Assembly: GCF_963921235.1 (NCBI RefSeq)
Contig: NC_086108.1
Span: 66,590,001-66,654,000 of the forward strand
Source of the DNA: Mobula hypostoma
Lineage: Eukaryota
Direction: 5' to 3'
DNA: 64,000 nucleotides
Shown: piece by piece, positions 1 through 11,105 of the stretch
How the letters are laid out: each line of letters opens with the position of its first letter
Position numbering within the stretch: the first letter of the stretch is position 1
The notes under the pieces: generated by a model
Told to the model about the DNA's origin: nothing
Seen by the model: the letters and a program-made list of their open reading frames with translations, nothing else
The model's database searches: none
Made by a program: the position numbers and the translations under genes

Positions 1-2093
1 TCATTGTAGAAGTTTATTTTTGTGGTGGCAGAACATTGCTGGTTACTGATCTGTTTGCGCCAACAGCCAGAATAGTGGCTTTCAGATGACACAACTCCAA
101 AAACTCAATCATTGATGATATTTCTATACAGTGTCATTCATTTGCTATGACAAAATAAGTAAATTTCTTTTTTTTATCAAACAGAATTTCAGGATTGTTA
201 CTGACATTTTAGCAATTGTATTTTTTTCCTTTTTAAACTGATAGCTAGGGACTTCGTTCATTCATTACAATCTATAATGGGATGATAGAAATACTATTGC
301 CTCAATACAATATTTTGTTAGTTGCATTTTCTGTTCTGCAGTGCCTTTTTTTGTTTAATTAAGGCATGCTGTCAGATCAACAATCTTATCTCTCACTAGA
401 TATACAATTTAATCTAAGTGGTATCATCTAGTGAACATGTCAAAGTGGGATGAAAGCATTCGGTAGGATAATTACACTCATTAGCCGTGTAAGCCAACCT
501 AAAAGATCAACACTTCACCATAGTGTTTATATCTCAACACTGTATGACCTCTTTGCTGCATGCAGATTGTTGACCCTCTAATTTTCCATCTGTATTTATG
601 AAATGAAATTTAATATAATGTTTGAAACCAAGCACCTGAAATCTTGTCTCATTTCCCTCCTGGCATTTTATCCCCATGTGTTAAGCTTGTGCTGGCTGGA
701 TGAATTTTGGTCAAAATTCTTTAGTGTCTGGAAAGGGTTGATTCTAATGAAGAAAAATTTATGCTTTTGAATTGTAATGTTAGCCACTCAAAAGGGAAGG
801 TGTGATACAGGTCAATGACAAAATGGCCACCTTCAACCACAACCTCAGCTGAAACAACCCATAATGGCTGTTTCATTATCCGTTTTTTAGCTTCAGAGCA
901 GAAACTGCTATCCAAACTAGAATGATTCTTTGTTGCAGATTTACATGTCCCATTTTTAAATTGTTTAAAAAATGTTAAAGGTGCCATTTGGAGAAAATTC
1001 GAAAACTAATAGCATTTGTATCAAGATGTCCTCGAATATTTAGAGTGTAACACATTTTCTCAGTTATAAGATATCGCATTTCTGTAAAATACTTTATGCT
1101 TATGGATTCATGAAGCATAGACTTGAGGCCATTGAATTTAAAGCAGTCTCTATTACATCTCTCTCTCCTAAACAAGGAATAATTAGAGTACTCAAAACTT
1201 TGAATTGTTCCATTGAGTTACATTTATAATTCTGCAGTAGCATTGATGAACCCTTGTGGAGTAACCCGGGGTCCAAATTAACTGCTTTAATACAGTCAAA
1301 ACTAATTATACTTTTTTATAGTTTGGAAATTAAGCATAACAACAGCCTTCTGGAATACAGATAGAGTCTTGAAGTACCTCTTGGTAATTAGGGTAAATTA
1401 CTATTCAGCCAGAAGTGTCACCTACATCTATCTCCCGTTTTCTCTGTAATGGCAAGATTTCTGCCAACATCTGATTTGCAAATGATAGAAAAGCATCTTT
1501 AGTCTCAGATTAATTAGACAGACAATTAACATTATGCAGAAGAAACAAGTGGGCAATCAGGATATGTGTTGTCTCTGTAGTACTGCTATTATAAAGTTTC
1601 AATTTTGAGGCAATTGTCATGAAAACAATGCTGAAAAAAAATTGAAAATGTTTTTGAATCATGTGAATACATCTCAACTATAAACTTAACTGCATTTTCT
1701 TTACTATATATTAAATGATGAAGGGAACCCTGGTCTACATAACTTAAATCAGGTACTCTTTTGTCTGCATGGTTTGCTTGAATGTTAGAGTCCCGTGTTA
1801 TTCTCATGGAGATTGTGTGTGCGTTAGTATTTCTTGTCACTTTCTCAGTTCCTGTAGCTAGCTCAGTTTACCATTGATTTGTAAAATAAATTCCTTTGCT
1901 AAGATCACTTAATTTTGGAAAAATAAGCCTTAAAAATTGCAAATTTTAGATTTGCTATGTTTGATTTAATTATTTAAATGTTTGTTTAGATGGTTGAACT
2001 AATCTTATGTCACTCAAATTTCACTGTGATGCTCTACTTTTCATCACAAGAAAACAGTGGTGCCAGTTTCAGATACAGTACAGCATTTGATAC

Positions 2094-2331
2094 TGTGTGT
2101 TCAATACTTCAGTAACATTTGAGTAATTTTGTAAATATATAATTTGTTTAAGAATTCTTTATATGTTTAAATAATTAAATCGAGGTTGTATGCAATAGTA
2201 CGTGAATGGCATATGTCATCATGCTGCCACATCATACATACGTGCATCACTTAAAGTAAAAACAAAGTTAGACTCACATTCTGGTTTCCCTTGCTTTTCT
2301 TAGTTTTATGTGTTGGAGTTACAAAACATAA
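2094..2331 (+). repeat. 5' LTR of the Gypsy element
   Basis: Starts TGT, is followed by the PBS-like tggtgac and aligns by eye with 8065-8272. Confidence 0.7.
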
Positions 2332-2579
2332 GTGGTGACAAGGAAGTGTTAAATGAACCCGAGATGACTACCTATGCACCTGTTGAAGCGTAGTGAGATG
2401 CTTGAGATTTTTTAAAAAGCGCAGCAAGAAACAGTTGAGTTTTAAAAAATGCAGCATGTTTTTTTTCTTGCAAGAGGAGAAAGACGTTTGAGTTTCAAAA
2501 CAAAGGCAGAAAGTGGAAAAATTCACGGGTTCATAAGTAGTAAGTACCAGGTGATAATCATAAATTTTAAAAAGCAGAA

Positions 2580-3762
2580 ATGCCTGGCTTCATCAAAAGG
2601 TAGATGCATTCAGTTACACAAGAGATAACTGGCTGCTGTATACAGAATGAATTGAGCAGTATTTTGAAGCAAATGAAATAGCCTATAAGATACAAGTGCC
2701 AATTTTGCTGAGTGCATACAGTTTGCTTTGGGGTTTAATTGCTCGAATCAACCCAGCAGAAATAAGCTTTGCTGATATCATAAAAGTAATACAGGAACAT
2801 TTAGAACCACAGCTATTGATAATTGCAGAATGTTTTTGGTTCCATAAGTAGAATCAAAAGGAAGGGAAAGCCATGTCAGTGTATGTGTCTGAGTATTACC
2901 AATTCAGTAATGGGGTTAATGATGCACTGATAGACCGTTTAGTTTGTGGAATGTTGCAGGAGAGTATTCAGAAACAACTCCTAACTGAAGCACAACTTGC
3001 ATTTAAAAGAGCAATTGAAATACAGTAACTGTATCGATAGAAACAGCAGACAGAAATGCAAGTGAGCATGAGCAAATCTGCAACATTTAAACAGAAACCA
3101 GCCTGGCCGAACAAATTGTGCTACCATTGTGACAGGGGATCATATACACCAGACCGATGCAGATTTAAAGGATGAACCTATAGAAAATGAAAAACAGTAG
3201 GACAAATACAAAGAGCATGTTAAGCAGACAAAAGTAAATGGACTGTACGGGGAAGAGAAAAAGATAAGTCAAGTTACACTTTCAGGAAGAGCTTTAATCT
3301 GCATGCTGATGAAAAATCTGATAATGATGAGATTGACACAGGATTGGGTTACCTTGAGTTTTACTATGTGAAAACTAACAATGGAATGCTATATGGTTTA
3401 CACTAGAAGTGAATGGCAAATTAATTAAAATAGAATTAAACACTGGCTTGGCTGTTTCAGTCATTCCACAAAATGAGTTTGAATGGCACTTCAAAGATAC
3501 TGAACTGCATTTATCCAACTAAGAACTTGTACTGAAGAAAAGATGATTCCACAAATTATGTTTGTGACAGTAAAATACAGAACCAACAAGCTATATTGAG
3601 CATGTATGTGGAAAAACAGGAGGACCAGCATTGAGGGGATGTTAGTGGCTGAGACAACTACAGCTTGACTGGAAATCTATCCACTATATGCATGCCGCAC
3701 CCTCTACAATAAAGTTAACTCACAGCGATAACAAAGATACTGCTGGATGATGCCACAACTGT
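2580..3762 (+). pseudogene. Decayed Gypsy gag and aspartic protease
   Basis: Frameshifted fragments IEQYFEANEIA, QEHLEPQLLIIAECFWFHK*NQKEG, DRLVCGMLQESIQKQLLTEAQLAFKRAIEI, Zn-knuckle relic CYHCDRGSY and protease motif IELNTGLAVSVI (degenerate D-T-G). Confidence 0.8.
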
Positions 3763-3764
3763 CT

Positions 3765-5098
3765 CCATACTGAACTCCATGAGCAGTTGCCCAACCAATG
3801 ACAAATAGGTGATGGTGCCAACCTCTGTGCTTCAGATTGGGAAGCGTATTGGATTAAAGAGGGACCGTGCTGCTCAGGGGAAGCACGAAAGTGACAAAAG
3901 TAGCAGTCTGACTACTACAACAGATTTTGTAGGCAACATATCTGAGAAAGCTTCTGATATGTTATTCAGGCAGTTACTTGTGAAACATGGCTTGGTTTTA
4001 AACTGGAGGAGAGTTCATGGAGCTTCAGGAAAGATGCAAGCAATAGGTTTCAATAGGTACATTCAATGTCAGAGAAATGTATACAATATACATCCTGAAA
4101 TTCTTTTTCTTAGCAAACATCTATGAAAACAGAGGAGTGCCCCAAAGAGTGAATGATAGTTAAATGTTAGAACCCCAAAGCCCCCCCCCCAGCTCCTGCC
4201 TTCCATACATAGGCAGCAGAAAAGCAATGATCCTCCCTACCACCAGTAAAAAGCATCGGCTCCCCCCACCGAGCACTCAAGCGGCAGCAAAGCATCATTA
4301 AAGACACAGACTTGCAGTATCCCAAAGACTACTCATTCACCTGGTATTCGACATACCACATACCACAGTGAGAGGGGAGACATAACAAATCAACTTGCTG
4401 ATTTATGGTGTTAAAAGTGTGTTGTGTCACTTCTTCCGAGCTTTGTGCCCAAAGAACTTGGGTCTCGGGGCACACTGCCAGCAGCTTGCTGCTTTCAATA
4501 TTCCGTCTCCCACGACACACCAGTTTTCAGCGGTGGCACCAACCTCGAGTCCACCCACCTCCAGAGCCACGAAATCCCAGAACCCTGAAGGCGCACTAGT
4601 CTTCTAGGCCATGTCCTTGGCATATCGAATAGCGGCCAGCCGTGAGACCCCGACGGCAGGTCCCATTTCCGCAAAGAACCGAAGTCAGCATGTAACTCCA
4701 GGTCAGAGTCTTCAAAAAAAACCCTGAAAGGGAAAAATAGAGATATTAAAGATAGAAATAGAGCTGTTTCTGAAGATGCAAGCAAAGATAACACTGTTAG
4801 CATTTGGCTTTTGTGAATACAAACAACCAGAATCTACTCTGCATGCATTAAGGTTATTGCCTGAACTTCAAGTGGAAGACGAAAAAGCTGCTTGTAAGCT
4901 TAGATGCAAAGCCAAAGCCCAGCTGGATGAATGGAAGGCCAAAAGGAATGGAGTCAGTGGAGACACAAAAACAGAGGAGTCATCAGATGATGTTCTGGAT
5001 GAGGAATACAAGAGGAGAGATCAGATCGTAAAGGGAACAATAGAAGGATTAGTGAGGGAATACTCTAAAACTAGAAGAAGAAAAAGGAGGAAAAAGAA
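3765..5098 (+). pseudogene. RBM25: Processed (intronless) RBM25 fragment covering the RRM and following helix, interrupted by an insertion at ~4043-4798
   Basis: ORFs 3809-4126 and 4776-5108 join to give TTTDFVGNISEKASDMLFRQLLVKHGLVLNWRRVHGASGKMQ-AFGFCEYKQPESTLHALRLL...KAQLDEWKAKR...LDEEYKRRDQIVKGTIEGLVREYS. This matches the RBM25 RRM as I recall it (FVGNISEKASDMLIRQLLAKCG...AFGFCEYKEPESTLRALRLL). There is a compensated frameshift near 4880-4910. Confidence 0.9.
4043..4798 (-). mobile_element. Non-coding LINE-tailed retroelement inserted into the RBM25 retrocopy
   Basis: Short tandem tail (caataggtt/caataggt) at the left end and a GC-richer body. It splits the RRM between MQ and AFGFCEY. Confidence 0.6.
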
Positions 5099-5242
5099 AG
5101 GTGTCTAGAGTCTAAACGAACACGCCACGAGTAATGTCAGCAGAACACACTACACTAACACTGAACCAATTACCTTCTTGAATATGGTAATGCAACACAA
5201 ACCACAACCAACACCAGCCATGCTGTTCCTGTGTTGTCCCTT
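5096..5242 (+). pseudogene. Gypsy integrase core C-terminal remnant
   Basis: gaaaggtgtctagagtctaaac (ERFVQSLK-like) through PAMLFLCCP (PAMLFLGRP-like). It resumes at 7498 with LQSCLDLLKP. Confidence 0.7.
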
Positions 5243-7497
5243 CAAAGTTCAAAGTACATTCATTATTAATGTATGTATACATCATACAACCTTGAGATTT
5301 GTCTCCTTATAGGTAGCCACAAAAGCATGAAACCCAAAAGAACCCAATTAAAAAAAAAATCAAACATCCAATGCACAGAGAGAGGAAAAAAAAAACAAAT
5401 TGTGGAAACAATAAAAGCAAGAAAACAGCATTCAGAAGGAAAGTGAGTTCATGGACATGAAGCCTGGAGTAGCCAGAGCAGGCCCACAGTCTCAGCCTCA
5501 GTTCATCACACAGCGGAGCAGAATGTCACAGAGCTGGTAGACACGAAGCTTGGAGCAGGCCCACAACCTCAAACTTAATGTAGCAAAGAGTAGAGCAAAA
5601 GTTGTGGGGCAGTGAGCAGAATTGTTACAGCCCGTTCCTCTGGTCCAGACACCCTGACTTTCAATCCATTGTTTAAATTGTCCAAATATCAGATCATTCC
5701 TCTCTCTAAGACCCGGCCCCTGTCACATCAATACACTCGAGGCCTGGACCTTGCCACCATGTTACGGCCCATATCCAACCTTTCCAACGTGGCGTGGAGC
5801 TGAGATCGATCAAACCTCACTCTTGGTTAAGGTGATGGGCTCCAAAACTTATCCACTCTAATTGTTCTCTGTTCCACCAGCCATGACTCTGTCTCGAAAG
5901 AGCCTCGACCTCACTCCGTTCACTTCTCCTCAAACACACCTCAACCTCTCTCTGACTGCTTCTCCTTGAAAACACCTCAACCTCACTCCGACCATTTCTC
6001 CTCAAACACACCTCAACCTCACTCCGACCGCTTCTCCTTGAAAACACCTCGACCTCACTCTGACCTCGTTTCCTCAAACACACCTCGACCTCACTCTGAC
6101 CTTGTTTCCTCAAACACACCTTGGCCTCTCTCTCTGACTGCCTCTCCTCAAACACACCTCGACCTCTCTCCGATCGCTTCTCCTCAAACACACCTCGACC
6201 TCACTCTGACCACGTTTCTTCAAACACACCTCGACCTCACTCTGACCACGTTTCCTCAAACACACCTTGACCTCGCCTTGACAGCTTCTCCTCAAACACA
6301 CCTCAACCTCACACTGACCGCTTCTCCTCAAACATACCTCGACCTCACTCCAACTGCTTCTCCTCAAACACAACTCAACCTCACGCTGACTGCGTTTCCT
6401 CAAACACACCTCAACCTCTCTCTAACCGCTTCTCCTCGAAAACACCTCAACCTCAGTCCAACCGCGTTTCCTCAAACACACCTCAACCTCGCTCCGAACA
6501 TTTCTCTTTAAACACACCTTGACCTCTCTCCAACCGCTTCTCCTAAAACACGACTCTACCTCACTCTGACCATGTTTCCTCAAACACACCTTGACCTCAC
6601 TCTGACCGTATTTCCGCAAACACACCTCAACCTCACTCTGACCACGTTTCCTCAAACACAACTCGACCTCACTCTGACCGCATATCTTCAAACACAACTC
6701 GACCTCACTCTGACTGCGTTTCCTCAAACACACCTCGACCTCACTCTGACCGCGTTTCCTCAAACACACCTCGACCTCACTCTGACCGCGTTTCCTCAAA
6801 CACACCTCGACCTCACTCTGACCGCGTTTCCTCAAACACACCTCGACCTCACTCTGACCGCGTTTCCTCAAACACACCTCGACCTCACTCTGACCGCGTT
6901 TCCTCAAACACACCTCGACCTCACTCTGACCGCGTTTCCTCAAACACACCTCGACCTCACTCTGACCGCGTTTCCTCAAACACACCTCGACCTCACTCTG
7001 ACCGCGTTTCCTCAAACACACCTTGACCTCGCCTTGACCACTTCTCCTCAAACACACCTCAACCTCACCTTGACCGCTTCTCTTCAAACACACCTCAACT
7101 CTGCCTCTCCTCAGTCACACCCCGACTCACTCCAACTGCTTCTCCTCAATCACACCCCAACCTCACTCCAAGCGTTTCTCCTCAAACATGGCTCAACCTC
7201 ACTCCGACTGCTTCTCCTCAAACACACTTCGGCCTCACTTTACCGCGTCTCCTCAAACACACCTCAACCTCATTCCGACCACTTCTCCTCAAACACGCCT
7301 CAACCTCTCTCCATTTGCATCTGCACCTGCGTGCCTTGATCCTCAAACCAGCCTTGCCTTAGCTCACCTCTTCATTGTTTGCAGTAATCGTTTACTGTCT
7401 TTTTTTTACAGAAAAGTTATTAATAAAGTATTTAGTTGTATTTATTGTTTTGAAGACCTCCAGCAAGTTATCACATCCTCAGTAGCACCATCTTCAA
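5243..7497 (-). mobile_element. Non-autonomous composite retroelement with an internal VNTR
   Basis: Tandem tail ttcaaagttcaaagt at the left (3') end and minus-strand start ttgaagatggtg (AAGATGGCG-like). Flanks ccctt/ctctt resemble a TSD. It splits the Gypsy integrase. Confidence 0.6.
5905..7312. repeat. 36-bp minisatellite, ~39 units, consensus tcctcaaacacacctcgacctcactctgaccgcgtt
   Basis: Exact period 36 (e.g. 6721 and 6757). Near-perfect core ~6700-7020 with degenerate flanks. It produces the repetitive ORFs (PQTHLDLTLTAF)n and (CLRKRGQSEVEV)n. Confidence 0.97.
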
Positions 7498-7960
7498 CTC
7501 TTGCAGTCATGCTTGGATCTCCTCAAACCCAGTCTCAGAAGGACATACAGCTGAGACAAATTGAAGGTTCCTCAAATAAGGAGATTCAATCTTTCACCTC
7601 TGAACAAGCAGCCCTGTCAAGGGACTACAGAGGTGATGAAAAGTGGGTGCTGGGAAAGACTAAGGACAGAACTGGACCACTCTACCACACAGTGGAGATT
7701 GCACCTGATATTATCTGGAGATAACACATCGATCAGTTGAGGAGTCAATTGTTAGGGAATAAAGCTGGCTACCACAGTCAGAACCACTTCCTGCAGTTTC
7801 AGAGTCAACTCCTACAACCACCACAGAGGGTGCCCCTGAGCCTGAGATTGTTCCACAGCTGCAAGTCCCACTTGCCAAGCAGAGTGATTCCTCTCATCAG
7901 GAAAGACATTATCCCACAAGAGTAAGAAATCCCCCACAATGATTAACTCTTTAGGCCTGA
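7498..7960 (+). pseudogene. Gypsy integrase C-terminal (GPY/F-like) region
   Basis: RDYRGDEKWVLGKTKDRTGPLYHTVEIAPDIIWR*HIDQLR in and after ORF 7188-7724. Confidence 0.8.
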
Positions 7961-8064
7961 ATTGACTATGCTGTGGATATCTGTATAGTAGTTGTATTAT
8001 ATAGTATACTGTGGTTGAGATACATTTTATATTGTGTCGGAGTCTACAGCTAAGCAGAGAGGTG

Positions 8065-8272
8065 TGTTGTGAATTTAATATTTGAGTAATCCTGTGTGTG
8101 TGTGTGTAAAATATTAAGCATTTTTGTTCATTTAAATAATTCATTATGAGTTATATTTATAAATACGTGAATTGGATGTCTCGCTTAACGAGACCACAAA
8201 GTTGGACTCACATTTCGGACTCCTGTGCCTTCCTTTGAATTAGTTTAATATTTTGAAGTTATAAAATATAAC
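8065..8272 (+). repeat. 3' LTR of the Gypsy element
   Basis: Follows purine tract aagcagagagg, starts tgttgtg and is similar to 2094-2331. Confidence 0.7.
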
Positions 8273-10515
8273 TGTACCCTTGTTGCTTAATGATTAAGTA
8301 AAGTTTAACTATGGAGTAAATGAGTTTAACCCTATACTAGATAAAGACTTCATTAAAAGCATGATATAAATGATGTTCACACAGCTTGCTGTGTAATTGC
8401 TTGAAGGATTATGCTGCAAAATTGTGAAACTGACAGGCTTTTAAACTTCCATTTATTCTGTATATGGAGATTGGTTGTATGTAGATTTATTTATTTATTA
8501 TTGGGTATTAATATAAAATATTTCAAGAGATGGGAAGTAATGCATTTGAAAAACAGCAGTTATACTGAGCTAAATTGATATTCTGGAACCTACTGAAAAT
8601 TCCGTCTAAATTCAGTTACTTCAATGAAAAAGTAATGGAATCCCTGAGAGGATATCACTTTTCCCTTAAAGTGAAATCTTAACTTATCATATTAGCAGAG
8701 GCAACAAAAATGAACCTCTGTTTAAGGCAATAGTTTTCTTAATTTTTTTTAAAAGTGCAGTTTTGTACAATCAAGTTTCTGTGTTTTGTGTATTTGAAGG
8801 ATTAGATTACTGCACAACCTGTTGTGGTTTATTAGCTGTCCATAGTTCATTTATTCAAATTACCAACTAAAATGCTTCATGGCACTTCATACAGTGAATT
8901 CCTTTTGAAATTAGCAAAGGTTATTGACATAGATGAGCCCTGAATAAATACATAATGTCAGCTCATTGATTTTTTTTTTCTTCACAAAAATTTAATCAGT
9001 TCCGTATCTGACTTGATATTTTCAAGATTGTTTTGCTCATGAAAGTGTATCATTGTTTAATTATTATTTAAAGTGGCCCTTTGGTACTTGGGTTGTGGTT
9101 TTAACTTCCTGAGAGCAATTCCTGCTAGGTCAGCCAGAGGCCTATTTAAATCAGGAATGTACTTCTTAAAGCAAGATTGCATTCCCAATTGCAGTTGGTG
9201 TGGAGGATGAAGCTGATTCACGATGAATCACAGACTAGCCCTCAGGTTTTTGAGGCCTTTCTGGGAATCATGCTACAAGAGGCCAGGGGAAGGAGGGAAA
9301 TGATAAATCCATCTGGTGAGACCAAGATCCTAAAATGACACATTTACCATTGAGAAAGATTATCATCCCCACGAAGAATAAACCCCAGAAATTGAGTCAA
9401 TGTGTATCCATAGACTTGGGGCAAAAGCAAATGTGAGTTTCCATCATGCCTAACAAGAACTGGCAACACTGCTGTTCTGACTCTTAGCAACATTTTCCCC
9501 TTCTTCCTCTCCTCTACAATCGGCATGCACAATGCTGCTCAATCTCTTCACAAAAAACCACCAACCCTCACAAAGACCACAGTCAGTGTTCTCCACTCAC
9601 CAGGTAATGCAGAATTCCAAGCTTCTCATGGCCCCTTCCTCAATTCAGTGTTCCTTTCCATTTAATACCTATTTCACATGTCTGCAGAAGTGTGCAGTGA
9701 TTTCATGGCTACCCACTGTAGTTTGAACATTTTAAAATGTAATAAAATAAAAAGAATCAGCAATGGAAAAAAAATTAAAGGAAATGACCCCTTAACCGTT
9801 GAAAAAATTAGAAAAGAGCAATTTGACATTTCAAAGACTAACATTTAAAGAAACATATCAATCAGAAATGTTTGGGAAAAAATTGTTTGAGATTCTATAT
9901 GGAAGGCCATGTGGGATAGGAAATTGTTAAAAGCACAAGAATGTGGTCAATCCACAGGGAGTAATATAGAAGACAAATTCAGTGTGAATTAAGACCATGG
10001 GTAATATTATCCTAGAGGCTACATAGTCAGCAATGAATGCAAAGATTATCAAAACGTAGAAAAAGAGGCCAGAGGAAGAAGGTCTCTGAACCAACGGAGG
10101 CAATGTCTCCTACTAGGATTATAAATAGGAAATGTGCACTCAAGATGACTAAATGTAGAAACACAAAGAGAGGTCACAGTTTCAACTGCGTGATCAAATC
10201 AAGATAATCAGAAAATAACACCAAAAACTCACTGAGTGTAATTGTGATCGGTATTAAGAAACTGAAAAGTGATGTGAATATGAACGAACAACCAATTATT
10301 TTAATTAAAACAAATGTTTTGTAGATTTTGTGGATGCAAGTAAATCATTTCCTAGCACACTAACCCAAATATCGTTATCTCTGTTTCAAAAAAGGAGATT
10401 GCTGAGAATTTATATACGCAGCCAAATCTACCTTCAGCTTCCACCACCTCATTTCTCCGTGTGATTAACTGTTCAGTGAATCTGTGAGCAGCAGAGACAA
10501 CTGCAAGTCCTGATA

Positions 10516-11105
10516 ACATGCACAAAATGCTGGCACTCAGCAGGCCAGGCAGCATCAGTGGAAAAGAGTACGGTTGACATTTCAGGCTGAGACCCTTCAT
10601 CAGAACTGGAGAAAAAAATAGATGAGGAGTCAGAGTAAGAAGGTGAGGGCAGGGAAGGTGATAGGTGAAACCGAGAAGGAGGGTGTTGAGGGGTGAAGTG
10701 AAGAGTTGGGAAGTTGATTGGTGAAAGAGATACAGGGCTGGAGAAGGGGAAATCTAATAGGAGAGGACAGAAGACCATGGAAGAAAGAAAAGGGGAAGAG
10801 CACCAGAGGGAGGCAATGGGGATAAAGTGAGAGAGGGAAATAGGAATAGTGAAGAAGACATGGGGTTGTTACTGGAAGTTTGAGAACTCGATGCTCATGT
10901 CATCAGGTTGGAGGCTACCCAGATGGAATATAAGGTGTTGCTCCTCCAACCTGGGTGTGGCCTCATTGCAACAGTAGAGGAGAACATCGACTGATGACAT
11001 GTTGGAATGGGAAGTGGAATTAAAATGGGTGGCCATCGGGAGATCTCACTTTTTCTGCTGGACGGAGAGTATGTGCTCGGCAAAGTGGTCTCCCAATCTA
11101 CGTCT
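10516..11105 (-). mobile_element. Penelope-like element 3' part (GIY-YIG C-terminus plus terminal repeat)
   Basis: Minus frame RRRLGDHFAEHI...MATHFNSTSH...EATPRLEEQHLIFHLGSLQPDDMSIEFSNFQ*, followed by a pyrimidine-rich tract and a ctgatgaagggtctcagcctgaaatgtc tail. Confidence 0.85.
10571..10608 (-). ncRNA. Minimal hammerhead ribozyme motif in the Penelope-like terminal repeat
   Basis: Minus strand cagtt-CTGATGA-agggtctcagcct-GAAA-tgtc-aaccg. The core is intact and stem I has 4 of 5 pairs. Confidence 0.6.

Larger units (their letters stand above)
2094..8272 (+). mobile_element. Degenerate Ty3/Gypsy LTR retrotransposon, internally deleted, with a captured RBM25 fragment and nested insertions
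   Basis: Two diverged direct LTRs (~2094-2331 and ~8065-8272) share atttgagtaat...tttaaataatt...tacgtgaat...acaaagtt(a/g)gactcacatt...agtta(c/t)aaaa(c/t)ataa. A PBS-like tggtgacaagg lies at 2333 and a purine tract precedes the 3' LTR. Decayed gag, protease and integrase C-terminus occur in Gypsy order. Confidence 0.85.

Noticed and set aside
3765..5098. Functional RBM25 gene with an intron at 4041-4800
   Set aside because: There is no GT donor, the insert looks like a retroelement, and the fragment is partial, carries a local frameshift and is embedded in a Gypsy element.
5905..7312. CRISPR array (36-bp repeats)
   Set aside because: Units are contiguous with no unique spacers, there are no cas genes, and the context is vertebrate.
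5817..7339. Repetitive ORFs as real proteins
   Set aside because: They arise from a stop-free 36-bp unit on both strands, inside a mobile insert, with no splice or domain support.
9601..9681. Minus-strand exon with strong donor CTG|gtgagt
   Set aside because: Stops in all three frames with either nearby acceptor.
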